This document shows, one piece after another, positions 27,299 through 35,939 of a stretch of DNA of 64,000 nucleotides. A program made the position numbers and the translations under genes. The stretch comes from Longimicrobiales bacterium (lineage in GTDB: Bacteria > Gemmatimonadota > Gemmatimonadetes > Longimicrobiales > Gaopeijiaceae): the NCBI GenBank assembly GCA_965202805.1, contig OZ241869.1, positions 3,584,001-3,648,000 on the forward strand, read 5' to 3'. Numbering within the stretch: the first letter of the stretch is position 1; each line of letters opens with the position of its first letter. The notes beneath the pieces were generated by a model. That model did not search any database. It was not told the DNA's origin and saw only the letters and a list, made by a program, of their open reading frames with translations.

Positions 27299-28443
27299 CG
27301 GCTGGGCTCTTCAAAATCGGTTCTCGATGGGGGGAGATGCCGGGGCTGACCCGTAGGTTGTCGAACGGCAGGCGCTGAAAAAATGGCGGCATCTTCGCCG
27401 CGCCGTCCAGGCGCCGATGCGGTCGCGGGGGCAGGCCCTTCTCTCGGTCCTCTCCGACCGCCCGGCCCGATCGTTGACCCGAGGTCCATTACCTCGGCGG
27501 CTCGCTGACCGGCACCATTCGCGGCCGTGCGGCTGTCAGCTTTCGGGGTGCTCAAACGTTGTAGGTGAGTGGGAGAATGCACCTTGAACGCGAACTGGAG
27601 GAGGAGGATGACCGGGATGTTATGGATGCCTGATCCGCCGGGACGGGTCTCAAGAACTCTCAGCCCCGTCGTCGGCTGATGATCGCGGTACTCGCGTCCG
27701 CGAGCGCGTGGGTGGATATACAGGCGGCTGCCGGTGACCACCGGTGTATCCTGGCGGGGGATCAGGACGAGCTCTTGCGGCTAGCCGGTGACGCCGACGC
27801 AGTCGTAATCGAAGCCGAGAATCTCCTGCCAGTTCTTTCCGCCGTTCGACACATCAATCGGGCACATCCGCTCCTGCCCGTCATTCTCATCACCGGCCAG
27901 GACTCAGCCGACTTTCGGTACCTCGCCTCAGTCTCCGTCGAGGCTGTTCTCCTTCGGCACCAGATCGCCGCACGTCTCCCAGTCGCGCTGAGGAGCTCGG
28001 CCGGAATCGTCTTCCGGCTTCGAGCGCTCGGAGAGGGATGCATGAGGAATGAGTCGATCCCGTCACCACTTCGTCGCTTGCTGAATTGTGCCCTGACCAG
28101 CGTGCCGCCACCCCTTACGGTCCAGCACTTGGCTCGTCTCCTGCATTCCGATCCATCCACGATCCGTCGGCACTGGCGTCGCGGTGTCAATTCTCACGGG
28201 ATCCATCGGGTCAAGGATTTGTTGGATTGGATCATCCTGCTGCATGCGCTCTCGGCGAAGCATCCAAGCCTAAGCTGGCGGTGTGTGGCCAAGAGCATCG
28301 GAACACACGAGAGTACGCTGAGACGCCTAGCCGACCGTTGCGCTGGCGACACGCTTGGTTCTCTGGGGTCCAACGGTGTCGAGCAGCTGTTTGAGCGCTT
28401 CGCGACGGCGCTTGGGGACTCATTCTGTCCGATTTTGCGTTGA
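26865..28443. repeat. ~1.6 kb direct repeat, copy 2
   Basis: Aligns with 20468-22040. Confidence 0.92.
27679..28443 (+). CDS. Receiver-like/AraC-like HTH regulator, copy 2
   Basis: 254 aa; 20 substitutions versus copy 1 by manual count. Confidence 0.7.
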   Translation: MIAVLASASAWVDIQAAAGDHRCILAGDQDELLRLAGDADAVVIEAENLLPVLSAVRHINRAHPLLPVILITGQDSADFRYLASVSVEAVLLRHQIAARLPVALRSSAGIVFRLRALGEGCMRNESIPSPLRRLLNCALTSVPPPLTVQHLARLLHSDPSTIRRHWRRGVNSHGIHRVKDLLDWIILLHALSAKHPSLSWRCVAKSIGTHESTLRRLADRCAGDTLGSLGSNGVEQLFERFATALGDSFCPILR

Positions 28444-28563
28444 GTTGCGCGTTCTTGCGCCAGGACAATCTCGAGGCGAGTACAGATGGTTCGACCCGTA
28501 ACCCGCCTTGCCGCGACGGCGTAGCTGTCTCAGGGGAGGACTGACTTGTACAGACTATACCCC

Positions 28564-29649
28564 CTACCGCGTACCAAAGACGCGCACCTGAGGGAACGGT
28601 TCTTCGCCATAAGTGAAGATGAGCCCATCCCTCACGGAGCCGACCACTCCAACTGTGGGGTGCCGATCAATCACTCGCCCCGATGACACATCCAGGACGA
28701 TGAGCTCATGACGCCGGTTCTCCGCAGAGCGGGGGCCTTCGATTTGAAGCCCAAGCACCACGTTACCGCCACGATCCACAACGACCGACCGGCCTGAGTG
28801 CGAGAAGCCCTCTTCCGGGTCCGGACGATACCGGCAGCACACGCCGGGTCTGCTTGCCGTGAGCTGCCAGGGAACGTAGCCTTCGAGCGTCGTCTCCCAG
28901 AGTATCTCTCCCTCGGGGTCGAAGGCTCGAACCACCGGTAACATCCAATTGAACTTCACGATCGTTCCAGTAGCTTCATCGCACGCGAGGTAGCCGTAGT
29001 TGAGCATATGCGGTGTCTGCCCCAGCTCACGACGTTGGGCAGCCTCTCGCGGCTCCTCGGGGCTCGCAAAGCCCCGAATCACCTGACCGTCACTGTCGAT
29101 CTCGCTGATCGTGGGATCAGTTGGCCCTCCGGGCTGGCGCAGAACGTACCGTCGTCCTCCGAGTACACAAACGTCCGTTGGAGGGAACCTCAAAGTTGTC
29201 ACCGTCCTGAAGGCGAGAGTGTCTCCATCGAGTTCGAAGGTGCTGATCCGCCCGTTGGCGACATCCGCGACGTGAAGAACCCCTTCCGAATCGAGATCAG
29301 AGCCACGAATGCCCAGGAGCTCGCGAGGGCCCTGCCCTCGCCGCCGGTATGAAGTGATGTGACCGCCGTCTCGATCGAATACGTGAATATCGGAAGTCTG
29401 CTCCCCCAGAACGTAGACGTTGCCGGCGGCGTCTACCTCGATCGTGCGGAGAAGACCGAACACCTCAGCGTCGTCGCCGTCCAACCGTCCGATGGTCATC
29501 TGCAGATCCGCCGGCTCCCACAGCTGGGCCGTCACGGGCTCGACCAGCGGGGTGGACGCAATAGACCCGACGACGCCAAGCAGCGTGAGGGCATGACGCT
29601 CCAAGCGGAACAGGTGGGTACTACGCATACCACGCAATTGAGCACTCAT
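28564..29649 (-). CDS. 6-bladed beta-propeller protein, secreted
   Basis: IGRLDGDDAEVFG, VDAAGNVYV, RRGQGPRE, EEPFPQV C-terminal motif. Confidence 0.82.
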   Translation of the reverse strand: MSAQLRGMRSTHLFRLERHALTLLGVVGSIASTPLVEPVTAQLWEPADLQMTIGRLDGDDAEVFGLLRTIEVDAAGNVYVLGEQTSDIHVFDRDGGHITSYRRRGQGPRELLGIRGSDLDSEGVLHVADVANGRISTFELDGDTLAFRTVTTLRFPPTDVCVLGGRRYVLRQPGGPTDPTISEIDSDGQVIRGFASPEEPREAAQRRELGQTPHMLNYGYLACDEATGTIVKFNWMLPVVRAFDPEGEILWETTLEGYVPWQLTASRPGVCCRYRPDPEEGFSHSGRSVVVDRGGNVVLGLQIEGPRSAENRRHELIVLDVSSGRVIDRHPTVGVVGSVRDGLIFTYGEEPFPQVRVFGTR

Positions 29650-29850
29650 GGGGTTACCCTCCGGATCGCGGTCTCAAGTTCCAGCGAGTCTACGACGCCA
29701 TAAGCCATTACGCCGTTTACCAGAATCGTCGGTGTCCCCTGTGCACCGAGTTCCGTGGCAGCAGCAACGTCATTTTCGATGAAAGATACCGGTGACTCGT
29801 CCGCCAGGCAAACATCGAAGGTGGCCATGTCCTGAATCCCGGCCGTCAGG
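29646..29850 (-). pseudogene. C-terminal fragment of a DsbA/thioredoxin-like protein
   Basis: AGIQDMATFDVCL...D...A.ELGAQGTPTILVNG; no CxxC-bearing N-terminus recognisable upstream; ATGA overlap with the propeller gene. Confidence 0.7.
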
Positions 29851-30086
29851 CGGCCCCCATCTTCGACGGTCTTGCCGGCGACCCATCCACCGGCGAGTGC
29901 TCGGCACGACTCCCGACGGCCGGGCCATCCTCCAACGCACCAAGACGAGCGCAGTGGATCTAGTCCGGAGACCGCGGAGTCCGGGTCGGGTACCTTAGAG
30001 CAACACTATGCTGGTCGGTTGTACATGGATGCCCGTGTGGAACGGTTGGAGTCACGTGCCTGTCAAGACGCCCATTGGGTCCCAAA

Positions 30087-30868
30087 GTGAGCCGGATTGA
30101 GGAGAGCAAGGGTTCGAGCTTGGCGCGTCGTGTTGCGGGGTTTTCGGGTCTGGTTCTCGGTAGCCTCTTCGCAAGCTGTTCGTCCGGCGACGATCTCGTC
30201 GAACTCCGCCCTCCGCCTCCGGACACGACTCCTCGCAATATCGGAGACACGGTTCAGCGAGGGAGCTTGACGGTCACGGTGACGGCGGCTGGGGAGACAA
30301 GCCAGGCGGTTGGGGCTCTGGCGACTCCAGCCGACGGCGTGCCCCGGGCGCACGTCAGAATCCGCCGCGTCGGCGAGTCGCCGGTCGAGGTGGGGACGAC
30401 GGACTTCCTCGGGCGAGTCACCTTCACCCAGCTTCTGCCCGGCCGATATGACATTACGTCTCTTCGCCTCCTTAACGCAGAAGAAACGGCCAGGATCACC
30501 GAGGCAAACTCGGCGCTGGCGGGCATCAACGCCTTCGGGGGTGGCGGCCGCGTCCAGGTTCAGCCGCCGTCAAGCACTACGGAAGTCGCAGCGGTGGCCG
30601 GTCGCCGGGGCTCCCTGGTAATCAGCGAGATTCATGACTGGTGGCCGCGCGTCACAAGTGGCCCCACTGCACAATACACCCAGGTAACGTACGTCGAGGT
30701 GTACAACAATTCGGACACGACCGTATACCTGGACGGAAAGATCCTTGGCGAGGGGTTCTGGTTGGGAGAGCGAGCTGAGCGAGTCCTCGTTGAACAACTG
30801 CACCGATTATGAGTCCTGGCGGATCGATCTGGAGGGCGTCTGGTCGGAGAAGCACCTGCGCTTTCCAC
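30087..30868 (+). pseudogene. Frameshifted/truncated DUF4876-like lipoprotein
   Basis: Lipobox FASC, GRVTF..L.PG.Y domain, GSLVISEI...YVEVYNNSDTTVYLDG; plausible continuation (NCTDYESWRID.EGVW...RFP) lies in another frame after ~30765 and stops at an IS fragment. Confidence 0.65.
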
Positions 30869-30975
30869 TCTTCGGCGTGGTCCTCAGCAAGATCTCCATC
30901 GTCGCTCTCGACGCCCTCGTCGCCCGGGTGATGGCCTTGGCACCCTATCGTTCGGCCCGGCGCGTCTTCTGGGTC
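30869..30975 (+). mobile_element. IS630-family transposase internal fragment
   Basis: LFG...KISIVALDALVARVMALAPYRSARRVFWV resembles the segment preceding VDN in IS630 DDE transposases. Confidence 0.6.
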
Positions 30976-31020
30976 TCCGGGGAACGGTTCCGCGCGATAT
31001 CGTCCTGAAATGCCCTGCTC

Positions 31021-31944
31021 TTATCGGTGACCTCGGCCAGCAGTCCTCGGCACACCTTCGATCGGCGGCAGTTCAACACTCGGGTCAGGCCGGACGACGA
31101 TCCGCACAGGGTCGGAGGGTGCGGCGGCGGCAAAGTACCCGTAAGCGCCTTCCAGCCCGAAGGAAGGCCATGGCTGCCGCACCGGGTATTTGCCCGACGC
31201 TTCGACGAAACTCGCGTAGTTCCGTCCCAATCCGAGCACCCGAACTGAAAGGTGCACGGGTCGGCCCAGAAAAATCCTCTTGTAGAGTGACGGGCTGGCC
31301 CGGCTCAGAGTGAGATCGGCGTTGCCTGCTTCCAGATCCAGCACGAACGGTTGGCAGGAGACCGGACCTACGGGTTCCCGGGAACCATCGGGCTGAATCT
31401 CAATCGCATCGATCACCTCCGAGTGCAGCATCGCGACATCGGAAGGGATTTCGAAGCGGATTGGCACGATGAGGTCGTCTCCATCACTCTGGGGCGGTAG
31501 CAGATGTCCGTCGGCCGGCTCGATAATCACAGGTGCGGAAGGCACAATAGTGGCGCCGCTGAAGGAACCTGACGGACCGGTGCCCGCAATTCTGTACAAG
31601 GTTCGTTCGCGGATTGGTTCCGGAAGTTGTGCCCGGAGGCACACCAGAGTGCCGGGCCATGTTGTCACGTCGGTAATCGCGCAATCGGCCAAATCCGTCT
31701 CTTCGGAGAACGCGGCCTCCCAGCCGGGTCCCATCAGGCGCACGTCGACCGCCGGAGGCGCGCCGGACTGGGCACGGTGCGGATGCGCGGCCAACAGCTG
31801 TACATCGCTCCGGCCTGCCACCAGCATCGCTGTGACAGCCAGCGCGTCCGATTCCGGAGCGAGTGGGTCTGCTGAACGAATACAACCGGCACACGCAATA
31901 GCCGCCAACGCGGTACATGGAAGCAACCCGGTCCGCAGTCTCAA
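31021..31944 (-). CDS. Lipoprotein partner of the TonB-dependent receptor (DUF4249-like)
   Basis: Signal with Cys lipobox; C-terminal S..LEGAYGYFAA motif; TTGA overlap with receptor stop. Confidence 0.65.
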   Translation of the reverse strand: MRLRTGLLPCTALAAIACAGCIRSADPLAPESDALAVTAMLVAGRSDVQLLAAHPHRAQSGAPPAVDVRLMGPGWEAAFSEETDLADCAITDVTTWPGTLVCLRAQLPEPIRERTLYRIAGTGPSGSFSGATIVPSAPVIIEPADGHLLPPQSDGDDLIVPIRFEIPSDVAMLHSEVIDAIEIQPDGSREPVGPVSCQPFVLDLEAGNADLTLSRASPSLYKRIFLGRPVHLSVRVLGLGRNYASFVEASGKYPVRQPWPSFGLEGAYGYFAAAAPSDPVRIVVRPDPSVELPPIEGVPRTAGRGHR

Positions 31945-34292
31945 AACCGGAACTCCACGCCGAAGAAGGGTAGCATCGGCATTTGGGGCAGGTACACCTG
32001 GTCGATGATGCCCGCTCGCTCGCTCCGCACCTCACGATCGAAGTTGGGCTCTGCGACCGCCGCCACCACATTCGGCAAGCTGAAGAGGTTGGCGATTGCC
32101 ACGAAGGGGGTAACCGAGCCGCCTCCGAACCAGGAGACATCGCTCCTGTGTCGCCAGCCAACATCGAGCCGCAGGTAGAGAGGGAGTCTCGCGGAGTTGT
32201 ATTCTCCTCCGAAGGCTACCATATCACGGAACACTGGATACTGTTCGAGATTCTCTGGCGAGTTGTAGTTCACGTAGGGTGCCACCGCCAGCATCCGCGT
32301 GGTCGGCTGTCCCGATCGCGCCGACACGCGACCGGACCATGAAGACCCGCCCTTCGTGACCGCTACACCAAACTCGAATTCGTGATCTCGGTGAACGCGG
32401 GGCGTGTAGGTCTCGTCACCCACCGTGCGCGAAGCCCTGCTCCAGCGGTAGCTCCCGAGGGTCGCAACCGATCCCTGGGCCCAGCTCCAGGAAGCCTCTA
32501 TGCCCCGCGCTGCCCCGCTGGCCACCTCGCGGCGTCCCGGATCGCCCAGTGTTGTCGCCCCGAGTGGATTGGTTCCAAGCTTGGGTACGCGAATGTTCTC
32601 CAGCTCTCGCACGTATCCATCCAGGCGCAGGCTGAAGAATCCACGCACCGCTTCCCACCCGACCGAGATTTCGGTGTTGCGCGGGACAGGTCCTTCGACG
32701 ACGGGGGCCAGAAGGTCGTAGGCCAGGAAGCTTGCCCCGACTGTCTCTTCGTCGCGCATGGATGACAACGTCTGGTGTGATCTGGCCGCGAGGATGCGTG
32801 CCCGCCACCACGAGCCCGAGTAGCCGAGTTCGGCAAAGGGCGCCAAGGTGGTTCCCAGCCGCGCGAAATGGTCCAGCCGCAACCCTGCTCGCGAAGACAA
32901 TCGTGGACCTAAGCCGACATCCACACTGGAATAGGCTGCAAGGCGCCACTGGGTCGCCTGCACGTGCAGAGACGACAGTATGATCTGCTGCAGATGTCTG
33001 TGCTTATCGTCCACCGCATAACTGTGGTCGGCGCTGAACCCCGTGGCCTGAACGCCCACCGTCGCGGTCGCATGGTCCGTGTATCGGGTCACACGCACGT
33101 CAGCTCGGTGTTCACTCATGAATCCGTTGCCGAGGATTACCGTGTCTTCGGGCGGCTCATAGGTCCCACGGAGCCCGGCGGCCAGCCTCCGGCCGCCCCC
33201 GAGCCCATGGATGTTGCTGGAAAAGCGGCTGTGCCCGACTGTCGCGTCAACCAGGGTTACCGGGCCGAGCCGTTGCCGGTAGTGGGCGGCTACGGCGGCG
33301 TTGCCCCAACCAAGTTTGGCAGTCTCGTTGTATTCTTCGTCGAGGTTGTCGAATGCCTCCGAGTTGATGTAGCCAGTGACCGAGAGGCGGCGAACGCCAC
33401 CGAAATCCCTCGTGACCTTTGCGTGCAGGTCATCGAACGCGTACGGGATCACTGCTTCCGTCGCGCCCATCCCCCTAAGGCCCGAGAAGATGAGATCGAT
33501 GTAGGTTCGGCGACCGTCGACAATGAAAGATGTGCTCTCACCGATCGGGCCCTCCACTGCTAGCCGTGATGAGGCGAGACCCAGCGAGCCCGTCACGCGC
33601 CGCCGGTCCCGGGCGCCGTCACGGGTCTGGATTTCGATGGCCCCCGACAACGACCCGAAAGGCTGTGCGCCTTCCGCGGAACTGGTCAGGAGAGTCACCC
33701 GTTCCACGGCCTCTGCGTTCACAGCCGACAGGAAGCCCCCAAGGTGGTGGGGACTGAACAAGCGCACCCCGTCGAGCATAACGGGCGTTTCGACGCTGGT
33801 CCCGCCCCGGATGTACGGAATTGCGGTCCAGTCCGACGGGGCCGAGGCAGATGGCGACATGGCGACCGCCCGCAGTGCGTCGGTCTCGAGTATCGTGGGG
33901 ATCATCCGCATCACTGCGGTATCGACGACAAAAGCGTCCCTGGACCGCGAGATCGGGTTGCCCACCTGCCCGCGAACGTTGACGACGATTGAGTCAATCG
34001 CGATCGGGTCAGGCCTCAACAACACGCGCAACTCCTCGCGCGGGAGTTCGGAGTAGGACTGAACCCACGTCGCATAGCCGTAGGCATCGACTTCCACGCG
34101 AACCGGCCCCGCCTGCACATTCGCCACGACAAACGCACCGAAGCGGTCCGAATCTGCCGACGCCGTCGGCCCGTCTGCGACCGAGATGGTGATACGCGCG
34201 AACCCTACGGGCTCAAGATCGACGCTGTCGCGCACAACGCCGGATAGGGGCGCCTGCTGAATGAGGGCGAGCAGCAGCGCCGCCGTAGTCAT
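31941..34292 (-). CDS. TonB-dependent receptor with N-terminal carboxypeptidase-regulatory-like domain
   Basis: LSGVVRDS..EPV, IRGG...T.VMLDG..LFSP.HLGGF.S plug, RLP.Y.RLD, C-terminal GVEFRF. Confidence 0.88.
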   Translation of the reverse strand: MTTAALLLALIQQAPLSGVVRDSVDLEPVGFARITISVADGPTASADSDRFGAFVVANVQAGPVRVEVDAYGYATWVQSYSELPREELRVLLRPDPIAIDSIVVNVRGQVGNPISRSRDAFVVDTAVMRMIPTILETDALRAVAMSPSASAPSDWTAIPYIRGGTSVETPVMLDGVRLFSPHHLGGFLSAVNAEAVERVTLLTSSAEGAQPFGSLSGAIEIQTRDGARDRRRVTGSLGLASSRLAVEGPIGESTSFIVDGRRTYIDLIFSGLRGMGATEAVIPYAFDDLHAKVTRDFGGVRRLSVTGYINSEAFDNLDEEYNETAKLGWGNAAVAAHYRQRLGPVTLVDATVGHSRFSSNIHGLGGGRRLAAGLRGTYEPPEDTVILGNGFMSEHRADVRVTRYTDHATATVGVQATGFSADHSYAVDDKHRHLQQIILSSLHVQATQWRLAAYSSVDVGLGPRLSSRAGLRLDHFARLGTTLAPFAELGYSGSWWRARILAARSHQTLSSMRDEETVGASFLAYDLLAPVVEGPVPRNTEISVGWEAVRGFFSLRLDGYVRELENIRVPKLGTNPLGATTLGDPGRREVASGAARGIEASWSWAQGSVATLGSYRWSRASRTVGDETYTPRVHRDHEFEFGVAVTKGGSSWSGRVSARSGQPTTRMLAVAPYVNYNSPENLEQYPVFRDMVAFGGEYNSARLPLYLRLDVGWRHRSDVSWFGGGSVTPFVAIANLFSLPNVVAAVAEPNFDREVRSERAGIIDQVYLPQMPMLPFFGVEFRF

Positions 34293-34419
34293 GAACCTAC
34301 GGAGGATCCGATAGTGGCCCGGCTTCGGTCTGTCATGACTCCGTCAAAGACCCCGGGTTTCTGCAGGTGCGTGACGCCGCAGACAGAGATCCCTGTCGCG
34401 ACTAGGCCAAACGGGTACG

Positions 34420-34446
34420 CGCGCGTTTCACGACAAGTGTCGCGCA
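34420..34446 (-). promoter_or_regulatory. Operator candidate upstream of the TonB-dependent receptor
   Basis: CGCGCGTTTCACGACAA matches CGCGCATTTTAGGACAA (26457-26473) at 14/17, same orientation and similar distance to the ATG. Confidence 0.45.
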
Positions 34447-34512
34447 GAACGATCCTATCCAACAAGTCCTTCATCCGGTTGGACCCCGTGGTGCCTGAGT
34501 GCGACGCCGGGA

Positions 34513-35907
34513 TCAGTACAGGAGATACCGTTCCCGCACCCGCAGGAACCCGTTCAGGTCCGGCTGCCATGCGGCGCGTATCTCCTCCAGGGACGCTCCC
34601 GCCTCGACGGCCAGGCGCAGGCGGTCGGTGCCCGCGAGGCGGTCGAAGGCGGCTTCGCGCCATTCCCACCGGTCGCCGGAAAGCGCGACCGCTTCGATAA
34701 TCGCAGCCACCGCGGCCTCGGTCGGGTCGTAGCCCGCGTCGGTGGCGACCAGCCGCACGCCTCCCACCTCGACTCCGCCGTGCTTGCCGTCGCCGGGGTT
34801 ATCCGGCACGAAGCGAACCGCCTCGAAGCGCACTCCGGCGATGCCGTAGCCGTTCAGGTTCGCGGCCAGAGCCTCCCCGTCCAGCCACGGCGCCCCGATC
34901 TGCTGAAACGCGACGGGCGTGCCGCGGCCCACGGACAGGTTGGTCCCCTCGAACAGGCAGGTGCCCGGATAGTGGCGGGCGCTCTCCACCGAAGGCATGT
35001 TCGGGGAGGGAGCCACCCACGGCAGCCCGGTGTCGCCGAACCCGTCGCCCCGGCTCCATCCCGAGAGCGGCGCCACGCCCAGCTCCACGTCCACCCCGAA
35101 CTCGCCTTGGAAGAGTCGCGCCAGCTCGCCGGGGGTCATCCCGTGCCGCATGGGGATCGGGTACATCCCCACGAAGGAGGCGAACGCGGGATCCAGCACG
35201 TTGCCCTGTACTTCGACGCCCCCGATCGGGTTGGGCCGGTCCAGCACCACGAGGGTGATCCCGGCCTCTCCGGCCGCTTCCATCGCCAGCGCCATGGTAT
35301 AGACGTAGGTGTAGTAGCGCGCGCCGATGTCCTGAATGTCGAAGAGGAGCACCTCGACCCCTTCCAGCATCTCCGGCGTCGGCTTGCGCGTCGCCCCGTA
35401 GAGCGAGTGGATCGGCAGCCCGGTGCGCGGGTCCACCCCGCTGTCGACGAGTTCCCCGGCTTCGGCCTGGCCCCGGATGCCGTGCTCCGGAGAATAGAGC
35501 GCGACCAGCTCCAGGCGCGTGTCCCGGTGCAGGAGGTCGATGGTGGAGACGCCCTCGCGGTCGATGCCCGTGTGGTTGGTGACCAGCCCGGCGCGGCGGC
35601 CTGCCACCAGGTGGATCGAGTCCGCGAGCAGAACCTCGACGCCGGGAAGGGTTTCAGCGGCCACCTGCTCGGCGATGCCGGGGCGGGTTTCGGCGGCCGC
35701 TTGGACGTCGACGCTGGGAAGGGGATCAGCGGTCGCCTGCTCGGTAATGCCGGGACCGGGTTCACCGGCTGCCTGCGCGGCAACGCCGGAAGCGTCCGCG
35801 CCCGGCTCGCGCCAGCCCCGCGCGACCAGATTGGCCGCGAGGAGGACCGCCCCCACGGCGATCAGGCCGGCACCGACCCGCGATTGTCGGAATCCTCCGG
35901 AAACCAT
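34513..35907 (-). CDS. namZ: Exo-beta-N-acetylmuramidase NamZ (DUF1343)
   Basis: GLVTNHTG, YSPEHG, SLYG.TRKPT, FDIQDIGARYYTY, DRPNP, RHGMT.GE, PSPNMP, EGTNLSVGRGT; start approximate. Confidence 0.92.
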   Translation of the reverse strand: MVSGGFRQSRVGAGLIAVGAVLLAANLVARGWREPGADASGVAAQAAGEPGPGITEQATADPLPSVDVQAAAETRPGIAEQVAAETLPGVEVLLADSIHLVAGRRAGLVTNHTGIDREGVSTIDLLHRDTRLELVALYSPEHGIRGQAEAGELVDSGVDPRTGLPIHSLYGATRKPTPEMLEGVEVLLFDIQDIGARYYTYVYTMALAMEAAGEAGITLVVLDRPNPIGGVEVQGNVLDPAFASFVGMYPIPMRHGMTPGELARLFQGEFGVDVELGVAPLSGWSRGDGFGDTGLPWVAPSPNMPSVESARHYPGTCLFEGTNLSVGRGTPVAFQQIGAPWLDGEALAANLNGYGIAGVRFEAVRFVPDNPGDGKHGGVEVGGVRLVATDAGYDPTEAAVAAIIEAVALSGDRWEWREAAFDRLAGTDRLRLAVEAGASLEEIRAAWQPDLNGFLRVRERYLLY

Positions 35908-35939
35908 TACCTTGCGCCAGTCCTCGATTCCAGCAGTCC

